Positions 1 through 9,013 of a stretch of DNA of 64,000 bases are shown here, in pieces (position 1 is the first letter of the stretch; each line of letters begins with the position of its first letter). The stretch is from Escherichia phage vB_EcoM-G3F7: the sequence record MZ234035.1; one strand, given 5' to 3'. A program made the translations under genes and the position numbers. The notes below the pieces were generated by a model, which saw only the letters and a program-made list of their open reading frames with translations, was not told the DNA's origin and did not search any database.

Positions 1-969
1 ATGAAAACTGTAACTATCAATAAGGGTATCTACTTCGGTAAAGAAATCTCTGGAACTTTTGAGCTCTTAGGTGAATGGTTCCCAGATAATGCTCCGGTAG
101 ATGCACAAGGAGATGGTAAAGTTTTTGTTGAAATTGACGGTAAGCGTCGCGGTGTTTGGGTTTACAAATCAGACATTTCATATGATGGTGTAAAAGTTGA
201 AGAAGTTAAAGAATCATATGAAGATATGAAAACCCGCATTAATAAAAGATTTAATGTTATGGGAATGATGACGAATGGTATTATTAACGGAAACATTCGT
301 TCATTAATTATCTCTGGTGCGGCGGGTATTGGTAAAACGTATTCTTTAGATAAAGCTTTGAATAAAGCAAATGATAATGGATACATTGAATATAAAAGCA
401 TTAACGGTAAAATCTCCGGTATCGGTCTTTATGAACAACTTTGGAATAATCGTGAAGAGAATTCTGTCCTTTTGATTGATGATGTGGATGTTTTCTCTGA
501 TATGGACATTCTTAATCTTCTGAAAGCTGCTCTGGACACTGGAGAGACCCGTAAAGTCTGCTGGAGCACCGCATCTTCTTACTTAGAAGAAAAAGGCATT
601 GAGCGTGAGTTTGAATTTAAAGGAACGATTGTTTTTATCACAAACGTTGACATTGACCGCGAATTAGACCGTGGTACTAAACTTGCTCCACATTTACAAG
701 CATTAGTGTCCCGCTCGGTTTATTTGGATTTGGGTGTTCACACTAATGAAGAAATTATGGTCAGGGTTGAAGATGTTATTCTTTCAACTGACATGATGCA
801 AAAGCGCGGTCTTTCTGATGAAGAAACTTATAAAGCATTATCATGGATGAAAGTTAATGTTAATCGTTTACGCAATGTTTCACTGCGTACTGCTCTTTAT
901 CTTGCTGACTTTATTATGACCGACAAAAACGGTTGGGAAGAAATTGCTGAGGTTACTCTTCTGAAATAA
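1..969 (+). CDS. P-loop NTPase (AAA-like), nrdC.11-like early protein
   Basis: 322-aa ORF; Walker A GAAGIGKT and Walker B LLIDDVD motifs. Confidence 0.7.
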   Translation: MKTVTINKGIYFGKEISGTFELLGEWFPDNAPVDAQGDGKVFVEIDGKRRGVWVYKSDISYDGVKVEEVKESYEDMKTRINKRFNVMGMMTNGIINGNIRSLIISGAAGIGKTYSLDKALNKANDNGYIEYKSINGKISGIGLYEQLWNNREENSVLLIDDVDVFSDMDILNLLKAALDTGETRKVCWSTASSYLEEKGIEREFEFKGTIVFITNVDIDRELDRGTKLAPHLQALVSRSVYLDLGVHTNEEIMVRVEDVILSTDMMQKRGLSDEETYKALSWMKVNVNRLRNVSLRTALYLADFIMTDKNGWEEIAEVTLLK

Positions 970-1058
970 TTCATAAGAGGACTTCTATGACAAAAAGGCA
1001 GTTCAGAAATAGATTATATGGACTGCCATTAAAAAGATGACTAGAATTAAACTGGTGA

Positions 1059-1373
1059 ATGGAGGTAATGATGTTATACTCAAAGGCTCGTGAAATTTAC
1101 GAAACTAAAATTAAAGAAGCAGTATTTAAGTTCGCAACGACAATGCGATGGACAAATGACTGGGAGTATTCAAAAAATCATAAGAAGCCCATGGTGACAA
1201 GAAAGGCTCATATGTTAGTGTTAATAGACCGTGAGCAGATTAAAGCCCGAGAAGCCCTCCAGAATCATAAAAAGGCTGCCTTTGAATGGTTTATGGATAA
1301 CACTGCTCCTGAGACTAAGAAAGCGGTAAGCGCATGGTTCAGTGGAAAAAATTGTGAAAGAAGTTTCTTTTAG
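1059..1373 (+). CDS. hypothetical protein
   Basis: 104-aa ORF; GGAGG RBS precedes internal ATG at 1071, so true start may be 1071. Confidence 0.45.
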   Translation: MEVMMLYSKAREIYETKIKEAVFKFATTMRWTNDWEYSKNHKKPMVTRKAHMLVLIDREQIKAREALQNHKKAAFEWFMDNTAPETKKAVSAWFSGKNCERSFF

Positions 1374-1375
1374 TG

Positions 1376-1405
1376 GTTTACAAGACTGTTCCTCTGTGGT
1401 ACTAT
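1376..1405 (+). promoter_or_regulatory. T4-type early promoter
   Basis: GTTTAC, 18-nt spacer with TGG, TACTAT. Confidence 0.6.
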
Positions 1406-1433
1406 ACAACTATCAACTACGGAGGAACACAAA

Positions 1434-1961
1434 ATGAACGCTAAAGATATTTTCAACCTGGTAAATTACAACGATGGTAAATTTAAATCTGAAGCACAAA
1501 GTAAGTTCTTTAATGACATCTCAATCGAAGGTGAAATCACGGTTGACGGAGGACAAATTTACAAATCTCGTTGGAATTGGATCGTTATTATCGATGAGAT
1601 TGGTATTGTAGAAATTTACAAGAATACGAATAAAAATCGTACATTACACTGGTCTCGTGATACTAACGAACAGTACAAAAAGGATAAAGCATCTAAATTA
1701 TCTCGTGTAACTCAAGAAGATATTGAGTTCATCAAGAAAGATATTTTGATGTATGATAACTTAATTGCTGAAGAGCAAGCTGTTATTGATAAATTTGATG
1801 AGATTAAAGCTTCTCGTGAAATTCCTGATTTTATGAAAGAATCAGTAAATGAACGATACACTCTCATTTCAGAGCGTATTGAAACTTACAAAAAGCAAAG
1901 AGCTGAACGCCAGAATACTCTTCGGAAGTTTGAAGAACGGTTAAAGACGGTACTCGCATAA
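1434..1961 (+). CDS. hypothetical early protein
   Basis: 175-aa ORF immediately downstream of early promoter 1376-1405 and GGAGG RBS. Confidence 0.55.
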   Translation: MNAKDIFNLVNYNDGKFKSEAQSKFFNDISIEGEITVDGGQIYKSRWNWIVIIDEIGIVEIYKNTNKNRTLHWSRDTNEQYKKDKASKLSRVTQEDIEFIKKDILMYDNLIAEEQAVIDKFDEIKASREIPDFMKESVNERYTLISERIETYKKQRAERQNTLRKFEERLKTVLA

Positions 1962-1962
1962 C

Positions 1963-1987
1963 CGCTTTATACCAAGGATGGTATAAT
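1963..1987 (+). promoter_or_regulatory. MotA-box-like middle promoter
   Basis: CGCTTTA box, 11-12-nt spacer, TATAAT. Confidence 0.4.
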
Positions 1988-2016
1988 GGTTCTAAGCCCT
2001 TTTAATTGAGATTATT

Positions 2017-2424
2017 ATGAAACAGTTGATAATTAAAAGATTGAATTTATTGATATGTTGTTTATGTATAGCAATTGCATATGGTTATTACGCAATTAAT
2101 GATTATATGCATTATAAAGATTATGATGTTACTGTAGTTAATACCATTACAGGAACACAAGGAAAAGGGTCTAGTTTATCGTTTATTGCCGTATATGAAC
2201 TCAAAGATGGTTATAGATTTAGTGAATATATTTCCCCAGAGATGTATTCATCAATAGAAAAAGGTGATAATATTACTGTAAGTTTACGTCCTTTCGACGT
2301 AAAACAGACATTGTTTGATAATATTGTTTGGTTCTTTGGAATGGTATTAGTTCAATCTGTGTGTGGTGCTTATATAGTCTGTTCCATCTTATTCTGTATA
2401 TTTAGTAAAATTGAAATTGAGTGA
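2017..2424 (+). CDS. hypothetical membrane protein
   Basis: 135-aa ORF with hydrophobic Cys-rich segments at both ends. Confidence 0.5.
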   Translation: MKQLIIKRLNLLICCLCIAIAYGYYAINDYMHYKDYDVTVVNTITGTQGKGSSLSFIAVYELKDGYRFSEYISPEMYSSIEKGDNITVSLRPFDVKQTLFDNIVWFFGMVLVQSVCGAYIVCSILFCIFSKIEIE

Positions 2425-2431
2425 GGAAAAT

Positions 2432-3319
2432 ATGTCAGTAGTAATTAATAATGTCAATGCAGTAATTAAATCTTTAGTTAATAAAAAATTAAATGAATGG
2501 ACTGTACTTCGTCGTGGAGAGCCAGATAAATTTTTTCATAGATTTAACCCAACTTTGGATTTGAATGTTATTGACAGAGATGTTCATGCTGAAATTTTAG
2601 ATAAATTTAAAGTTGATATTGGGTTTGGGTTAGATAAACATTTGCAACGAACAAACGGATCTGGAATGGGTTTATCTAATCGCATCATGAAAGCCCTTAA
2701 TAAAATTGGAGCGTTGTCTCGTATTAATGCGAGTGAAATCCTTCGCAATTATAATAAAGGATATGACCTTTATGGTCGACTAATGCCGAAATTATCATTT
2801 GACCAAATGATTGCGGATTTGTGGGAAAATCAACGACGATTATTAGCATTAGGCGCTCGATTAGCTAAAGGTCTAGATAAACAAATGATTTTTAAGACCA
2901 ATAATACAGAAGACCTTAAATGCTTTAAATTTAGTACTCGTGGAGATGATTATTACATCAGAGCTCGCTCTACAGATTATGTTAATATGGGGCATCATCT
3001 CTGTTTAGCTTTTGAAGTTTTAAAAGAAGCCGGAACATTAGAATATGTGTCTGGTGCTAAATGTCCGATTGGTTCAAATTGCATTTTAATTTATCGCCCA
3101 GATGAATCCAGTTCAACTAAATTACCTACAAAACCTGTACCAGTTCGCAGTAATGAAAAACATTCTGAACAAATTGCTTATTTTAATAAGCAGATTGAAG
3201 AGCTAAATATTTCTATTCAGCAATATGATGATGAAATTTTCAGACTATCTGGATTGAGTAGTAAAGCTAAATCTGAGCGTGAAAAATTAATTAAAATCGT
3301 TGATTTACTTAAATCTTAA
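2432..3319 (+). CDS. hypothetical protein with C-terminal coiled coil (paralog A)
   Basis: ATG at 2432 after GAGGA RBS; C-terminal heptad-rich tail. Confidence 0.55.
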   Translation: MSVVINNVNAVIKSLVNKKLNEWTVLRRGEPDKFFHRFNPTLDLNVIDRDVHAEILDKFKVDIGFGLDKHLQRTNGSGMGLSNRIMKALNKIGALSRINASEILRNYNKGYDLYGRLMPKLSFDQMIADLWENQRRLLALGARLAKGLDKQMIFKTNNTEDLKCFKFSTRGDDYYIRARSTDYVNMGHHLCLAFEVLKEAGTLEYVSGAKCPIGSNCILIYRPDESSSTKLPTKPVPVRSNEKHSEQIAYFNKQIEELNISIQQYDDEIFRLSGLSSKAKSEREKLIKIVDLLKS

Positions 3320-3327
3320 GGAACACC

Positions 3328-4356
3328 ATGAAAACTCGTTCTCAAATTGAAGATATGGTTCGTAATGCCAGCTATACTCGTGATGTTATGACATTTTTGT
3401 GTGAAAATAATTTAGACCCTGATAAAGTTAATCGTGTTATTCATCACTTTAAGTATACGAATAGCAGTGAATGGGTGCGTAATTTTAGTAAAGCAGGGTA
3501 TATTACACAAATGACTGCTCGTGAACAGCTCACCGATTTCTGTAAAACTATTGATTATAAAAATCCTTTGATTGTTCAAGGCGTTGGTCAAAGTAAGGTC
3601 GATTTATCATCTGGATTTTTCAATCCAAATCATTATCGTATTGAATGGAGATTTATTGCTCTATTCCGTAAACAATTAAAGCAAATTTTGTCTACTGCTA
3701 GTCGATTAAAAGGCTCTGATATTAACTTAAAGAACCTGAAATTTGATGGTTATACTCTTCAGATGGAAGTAAGACCGTTAAAAGAAAATAATAGAACTGC
3801 ACGAATTAGCTTTAAGCCTAATACTAAAAATTCTCTTTCAATTTGTGAATGTCTTAAATCACAGCTGACAGAAGCATTTAAGTATATGGATGTTGTTGCT
3901 GCTGTTCAATCTAAGATTTTACCTCGTTTTGAGCGAAATTGGGAACATACAACAACATATGAACTTGATATGATCGTTTCATTTAAATATGAATTTTTGA
4001 GAAAGGATGAAATTGTTCAAGAGAAAAAGCAGGAAGTGCAAGATACCTTAAATTTAAATTTATCCAATTACTTATCAAACGATCCTAAATTTTGGATGTA
4101 TAGCTCAAGCAATATAGATGCATGTAAACTTAATAAAGTGAGTTTTCTTCCTACTGAAAATTCAAATTTTAAACCTGTAGAAAAATGGCACGCTGACGCG
4201 ATTGAGAAGTCTCTTAAGGCAGTAGATGATGAACTCGTTAAAGCGACCAATGAAGTGCTAGAAGCTGAAAAGGCGTTAGAACAAGCTCAGTCAAGGGTTC
4301 AAAATCTGACAAAGCAACGTTCTAAACTGAACAATGCACTAAATGCACTGAACTAG
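3328..4356 (+). CDS. hypothetical protein with C-terminal coiled coil (paralog B)
   Basis: 342-aa ORF; tail ...LEAEKALEQAQSRVQNLTKQRSKLNNALNALN; core resembles next two ORFs. Confidence 0.6.
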   Translation: MKTRSQIEDMVRNASYTRDVMTFLCENNLDPDKVNRVIHHFKYTNSSEWVRNFSKAGYITQMTAREQLTDFCKTIDYKNPLIVQGVGQSKVDLSSGFFNPNHYRIEWRFIALFRKQLKQILSTASRLKGSDINLKNLKFDGYTLQMEVRPLKENNRTARISFKPNTKNSLSICECLKSQLTEAFKYMDVVAAVQSKILPRFERNWEHTTTYELDMIVSFKYEFLRKDEIVQEKKQEVQDTLNLNLSNYLSNDPKFWMYSSSNIDACKLNKVSFLPTENSNFKPVEKWHADAIEKSLKAVDDELVKATNEVLEAEKALEQAQSRVQNLTKQRSKLNNALNALN

Positions 4357-4385
4357 TTTACTTTGCCACAAGGATGTGGTATAAT
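4356..4385 (+). promoter_or_regulatory. T4-type early promoter
   Basis: GTTTAC, 18-nt spacer, TATAAT. Confidence 0.6.
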
Positions 4386-4413
4386 GTTTTTACTTTCTAC
4401 TGAGGAGATTATT

Positions 4414-5415
4414 ATGACTCGTAACGAATATATCAAATCATTCAATAGCGTTATTGATGATAAAGCTATACCGATGTTTGGCCAAAATAGCGTTCTTTCT
4501 ATTATCAATCAATGGCTCAATAGTGTTGATGCAAGTATTGTTTCTTCTACTAAATTTATTCATGAAATTCGTAAAATTTCTAGCCGTGTAGATAAAGATG
4601 TTATCAAGAAAACCTTTAAAGAGTCTCGTCTTCTTTCATATTTGGTTAATCGGGATATTCTTGGTAATTTTGGGAAAGAAATTAAACGAACTAAAGATGT
4701 AGTAGGATACAATTGGTTCGGTGATGTTAATTCTTATCATCTTAATATTAAAGAAGACCCTGAGAATATTTTTACTCGTCGTTGGATCAGTAATTTCAGA
4801 CTTTTTAAGAAACAAATTCTAAAATCAGCTTCTAAATTATGTTATGGCGATTATCGTCAAATTCATCCTTTGGCTTCTGATATGATTATCATAAAAGAAT
4901 ATGAACTTGATAAAAATAAAGTATCTATTTTTGTGAATTATGGATTTTTTACACCAGAAACTAACCAAAAGAATATTAATAAATTTTTCTCAATTGCTAG
5001 CACTATAACTCGTCAATTAGAGACCGCATTACTTTGTATGGAAACAGTAGAAAATATTCATACATATCCTTTTAAGAATATATGCGGTTGGGAAGGATAT
5101 AAACTCGTAATTAGCCTTCGTGAAGTGAAATGTGCTTATTCACCTACTGATAAAGAAATTTACCAACAAAAATGTGATGAAATTGTGAATACTCCTAAAG
5201 AAGAAACTACCCTTGAGGAACTAATGGAATGTCTTGATGATTCACCTGAACCGATAGAAATTCGTCCAGAAGTTATTGCACTAGAAAAAGCTTATAAAGA
5301 AGTTCTAGAAATTTCTAATAAAGCGCAGAAAGAATATGAGCAGGCTAAAAGGATTTGGGAAGAATCTGTTAATCGTCTTGATCGTCTGGAACAAGCTTTA
5401 CAGTTAATTAAGTAA
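4414..5415 (+). CDS. hypothetical protein with C-terminal coiled coil (paralog C)
   Basis: ATG at 4414 after GAGGAG RBS; shares FKKQILKSASKL core with paralog B; heptad tail. Confidence 0.6.
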   Translation: MTRNEYIKSFNSVIDDKAIPMFGQNSVLSIINQWLNSVDASIVSSTKFIHEIRKISSRVDKDVIKKTFKESRLLSYLVNRDILGNFGKEIKRTKDVVGYNWFGDVNSYHLNIKEDPENIFTRRWISNFRLFKKQILKSASKLCYGDYRQIHPLASDMIIIKEYELDKNKVSIFVNYGFFTPETNQKNINKFFSIASTITRQLETALLCMETVENIHTYPFKNICGWEGYKLVISLREVKCAYSPTDKEIYQQKCDEIVNTPKEETTLEELMECLDDSPEPIEIRPEVIALEKAYKEVLEISNKAQKEYEQAKRIWEESVNRLDRLEQALQLIK

Positions 5416-5467
5416 TTTAAAGCCAAGGATGGCTCGGAGTATAAATCATTAACCAAGTGAGAAGAAC

Positions 5468-6394
5468 ATGAAAACTCGTAAACATTATATTGATTATTTT
5501 GACAGTCTTATTACTAAACATCGTAATTATCAGATAGGACACAGAGCAGTAATCAATAATATTCTTCGTGATTTTTTAGACTATATTGGATGGGAAAACC
5601 ATATTTGTAAAGATACACAAAATGCGTATTCACATTCTCTTGGTTCTTTGCTCGAGTGGTTCAAACGTTCCCGATTACTATCTTCTGTGATAGCTGTTAA
5701 TAATGTTAAAAAATTTATGTATCCAAGCTACATTGAGACTAATGTATCAAATGCTAGTGTTGTTACATTTAATATTATTAACGACGTGAAAAGAACTTAT
5801 TTAGAAGAATGGTTTTCTAAAGATAGTAAAGAAAAATTTGCTAGTGAATTTTCACACGAATTCAATAATAACGTGAATATGCTTTTTAAGCATTCTCGTA
5901 GACTGTTTTGTCATGGTGATAACCGTACTATTAATGTGAATGTAAAAGACTGGGTTACGGCTAAATTCACTCCATCGTCCCAGAATGGGCAATTTGAATT
6001 GTCAATTATCATTTGTGCTCCGCACGAGATATATAAAAACCTTCCGTATATGAAACCACGCGAAGCTAATAAACACAATGAAACTATTAGTTCTTTGGCT
6101 TATAATTTACGCGTGTTATTATCTGATATGGATGTAGTCAAATCCTTTGATGATAATACGAATTATGGTCTTTCGCTGTTTGAAACTAAATTTGTTATTA
6201 AATTAAAGGACCCTAGTGAATTTAAACCTACACCAAAATCCAATCATGGAAATGATACTATGAAAGAAGAACGCGAATATCTCAGTGCCCGTTTGATTGA
6301 AGTTGAAAAACAGATTGAAGAGCATACTAAAGTTCTTAAGGCTTTAACCGCCAAAGCAAATGGTTTACGTAATGCTATTGAGGTATTGAAATGA
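5468..6394 (+). CDS. hypothetical protein with C-terminal coiled coil (paralog D)
   Basis: 308-aa ORF; heptad tail ...[31 protein letters not shown]. Confidence 0.6.
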   Translation: MKTRKHYIDYFDSLITKHRNYQIGHRAVINNILRDFLDYIGWENHICKDTQNAYSHSLGSLLEWFKRSRLLSSVIAVNNVKKFMYPSYIETNVSNASVVTFNIINDVKRTYLEEWFSKDSKEKFASEFSHEFNNNVNMLFKHSRRLFCHGDNRTINVNVKDWVTAKFTPSSQNGQFELSIIICAPHEIYKNLPYMKPREANKHNETISSLAYNLRVLLSDMDVVKSFDDNTNYGLSLFETKFVIKLKDPSEFKPTPKSNHGNDTMKEEREYLSARLIEVEKQIEEHTKVLKALTAKANGLRNAIEVLK

Positions 6395-6780
6395 AAAAGC
6401 GTTTATTAGAAGACATTGCAGCTTCAAGTAATTCCAGTTTAATTAAAATTATTATGGCTGGTGAGGAAGATGATATGGAAATGCGTGGAAAGATTCACGG
6501 CTGCGACGATTTAGATTTTAAACCTCCAGCATGGGATGCTATTATGGCTATGGTTGAACGACGTGAAAGAGCTTCTAAAAACGTTCCTAATTGCCCTGAA
6601 TGCGGTACTGAACAAGTTCAATTGATTAACTGGCGTAAACCAGAGCTTGAATATAAATGCCGTCAATGTAAACATAAATTCAGTAAGCATGCTCCGGAAA
6701 TGGTTAAATTGCCTGACTCTACTGAGTTCTTTAAAGAACTTGTGAGTGTTCAACCAATGCCTAATAATATTTTGGATTAA
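6391..6780 (+). CDS. hypothetical zinc-ribbon protein
   Basis: 129-aa ORF; CPECG...CRQC motif; ATGA start/stop overlap with upstream ORF. Confidence 0.55.
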   Translation: MKKRLLEDIAASSNSSLIKIIMAGEEDDMEMRGKIHGCDDLDFKPPAWDAIMAMVERRERASKNVPNCPECGTEQVQLINWRKPELEYKCRQCKHKFSKHAPEMVKLPDSTEFFKELVSVQPMPNNILD

Positions 6781-6782
6781 AA

Positions 6783-7025
6783 ATGACCAAGCGTAAAGAA
6801 TATATGGAGGCTGCTGAAAAGGCAGTCCGTGAATTAGCAATAGCTTATTATAATGAACATGGTAAATTTCCTGATAGATACAGCGTGCTTAAATCTGCTT
6901 TAACTCGTTCATATAAAAATATGCTATCAGAAGTAAGTGATATTATATACAAACATAAAGAACAAACGGGCCAAAGTCTTGATTACGACGAGACTTTTAA
7001 ACAAGTACTAGGAATTAAGGAATAA
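6783..7025 (+). CDS. hypothetical protein
   Basis: 80-aa ORF tightly packed between neighbours. Confidence 0.5.
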   Translation: MTKRKEYMEAAEKAVRELAIAYYNEHGKFPDRYSVLKSALTRSYKNMLSEVSDIIYKHKEQTGQSLDYDETFKQVLGIKE

Positions 7026-7026
7026 T

Positions 7027-7290
7027 ATGTTTAAAGTATATGGTTATGATAGCAACATTCATAAATGTGTGTATTGCGATAATGCAAAACGTCTTTTGAC
7101 CGTGAAGAAACAGCCGTTTGAATTTATCAACATTATGCCGGAAAAAGGTGTTTTTGATGATGAGAAAATTGCTGAGCTTCTGACTAAACTAGGTCGTGAT
7201 ACTCAAATCGGCTTGACAATGCCCCAGGTATTTGCTCCTGATGGAAGTCATATTGGTGGATTTGACCAACTGCGAGAATATTTTAAATGA
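7027..7290 (+). CDS. nrdC: thioredoxin/glutaredoxin NrdC
   Basis: 87 aa; CVYC redox motif; matches T4 NrdC length and sequence as recalled. Confidence 0.85.
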   Translation: MFKVYGYDSNIHKCVYCDNAKRLLTVKKQPFEFINIMPEKGVFDDEKIAELLTKLGRDTQIGLTMPQVFAPDGSHIGGFDQLREYFK

Positions 7291-7502
7291 TGCTCGAAGG
7301 AACTGACTATATTCATGATTACCGCGGAAGCGCGGTATATGTAGGTGATGAAGTTGCAGTTTATTATGGGTATAGAACTTTGATGACAGCCAAGGTTATT
7401 CAAATTAAAAATAATCGTGCTAAACTCGAAGTTTATTATTCTAATGGTGAAAAGTCTATTTCTAAGTGGAAATACGGCGATTGTATGGTTAAATTGGGGT
7501 AA
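7287..7502 (+). CDS. hypothetical protein
   Basis: 71-aa ORF; ATGA overlap with nrdC stop. Confidence 0.5.
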   Translation: MMLEGTDYIHDYRGSAVYVGDEVAVYYGYRTLMTAKVIQIKNNRAKLEVYYSNGEKSISKWKYGDCMVKLG

Positions 7503-7504
7503 AT

Positions 7505-7675
7505 ATGATTTACGATATTAATGTATCAAGAACTCCGTCAATGGTTACTATTCCAGCCGAAGAACTAGATCGTCTTCAGAAAATTGAAGAGCTTCTTTGG
7601 GAAATTGAATCTGATTTGCCATCAGGATTAGAATCCTGGATTGATTATGAAGAACTTAATAAGCTTCGGGGTTAA
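7505..7675 (+). CDS. hypothetical acidic protein
   Basis: 56-aa ORF; a +1-frame ORF (7647-7814) overlaps its 3' end. Confidence 0.4.
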   Translation: MIYDINVSRTPSMVTIPAEELDRLQKIEELLWEIESDLPSGLESWIDYEELNKLRG

Positions 7676-7797
7676 ACCTTGGTGGGCGGCTAGATGGGAA
7701 ACTGTAGAGCCAGAGCCGGAAGAACCGGTTTACATTGATGAAGAAACAGTATATAATGAACCAACGATAAATGACTTAATTGATATGGAGATGGGAC

Positions 7798-8283
7798 ATG
7801 ATTACAGTAGATAAGTGGTTTAGAATTAATCGTGTTGATACAGGGCTATGTAATTACTGGCCGGAACTTAGTGCAGGTACTGTCTTTAAAGTTCGTGAAC
7901 TTGCAAAAGAATGCGAAGATGATATAGAACCTGATACTGGAATTATTGAAATTGAACTTTCCGACGGAAAGATTATTAACATCTATGATAAGCCAATTAC
8001 ATACTGGTGTTTGTGGAATACTGAATCCGTTGAAAATGGCGAAATTGAAGAAGTTGTAGAGAGAACTAGCCAAGATGTTCAGAAGCCTAAAGCCGCTTTT
8101 CAAGGTGAACGTATTTCATACGCATTAGCTAAATTAGCTGCGCAAGAAAATAACGATGGCTATGAAGGTAACCTGATGCAAGCTGCCGCAGAGTACATTG
8201 AATGGCTTGAAACTCAAATTTCTTTTTCTGACCAAAAGATTCGGCAATATAAGCGATTGCATCAAATGTTTTACAATACTTGA
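7798..8283 (+). CDS. pin: Lon protease inhibitor Pin-like protein
   Basis: 161 aa from ATG 7798; position between nrdC and gene 49 as in T4. Confidence 0.5.
   Translation: MITVDKWFRINRVDTGLCNYWPELSAGTVFKVRELAKECEDDIEPDTGIIEIELSDGKIINIYDKPITYWCLWNTESVENGEIEEVVERTSQDVQKPKAAFQGERISYALAKLAAQENNDGYEGNLMQAAAEYIEWLETQISFSDQKIRQYKRLHQMFYNT
8236..8283 (+). repeat. direct repeat copy 1 (3' end of pin)
   Basis: About 46 nt highly similar to 8449-8496. Confidence 0.6.
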
Positions 8284-8319
8284 AAAAACTCAAAATTCTT
8301 TTTCTGACAGGACATTTTA

Positions 8320-8496
8320 ATGAAAACCGAATTGGTTTATACTGAAAAGTTAAATGGCGGTAAGGTTTGGAAACTTTTTATTAAAGGACATTCTACGGAC
8401 CCTCATATGACCACTTGCGTAGGAACCTATTCTCGTCCTACTAAAAAGATGATTCGACAGTATAAACGATTGCATCGAATGTTTTACAATACTTAA
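8320..8496 (+). CDS. small ORF sharing duplicated C-terminal tail with pin
   Basis: 58-aa ORF ending IRQYKRLHRMFYNT, near-identical to pin C-terminus. Confidence 0.35.
   Translation: MKTELVYTEKLNGGKVWKLFIKGHSTDPHMTTCVGTYSRPTKKMIRQYKRLHRMFYNT
8449..8496 (+). repeat. direct repeat copy 2 (3' end of small ORF)
   Basis: Near-identical to 8236-8283 with a 3-nt insertion and a few substitutions. Confidence 0.6.
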
Positions 8497-8539
8497 AAAT
8501 AATAAATACCCTTATCTATTTAAGGTAAGGGTATTTATT

Positions 8540-9013
8540 ATGTTATTGACTGGCAAATTATACAAAGAAGAAAAACAAAAATTTTATGATGCACAAAATG
8601 GTAAATGCTTAATTTGCCAACGAGAACTAAATCCTGACGTTCAAGCTAATCATCTTGATCATGACCATGAATTAAATGGACCAAAAGCAGGAAAGGTACG
8701 TGGATTGCTTTGTAATCTCTGCAATGCTGCAGAAGGTCAAATGAAGCACAAATTTAATCGTTCTGGCTTAAAGGGACAAGGTGTTGATTATCTTGAATGG
8801 TTAGAAAATTTACTTACTTATTTAAAATCCGATTACACCCAAAATAATATTCATCCTAACTTTGTTGGAGATAAATCAAAGGAATTTTCTCGTTTAGGAA
8901 AAGAGGAAATGATGGCCGAGATGCTTCAAAGAGGATTTGAATATAATGAATCTGACACCAAAACACAATTAATAGCTTCATTTAAGAAGCAGCTTAGAAA
9001 GAGTTTAAAATGA
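8540..9013 (+). CDS. 49: endonuclease VII (Holliday junction resolvase)
   Basis: 157 aa; Cys/His zinc-site pattern; matches T4 gp49 as recalled. Confidence 0.85.
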   Translation: MLLTGKLYKEEKQKFYDAQNGKCLICQRELNPDVQANHLDHDHELNGPKAGKVRGLLCNLCNAAEGQMKHKFNRSGLKGQGVDYLEWLENLLTYLKSDYTQNNIHPNFVGDKSKEFSRLGKEEMMAEMLQRGFEYNESDTKTQLIASFKKQLRKSLK

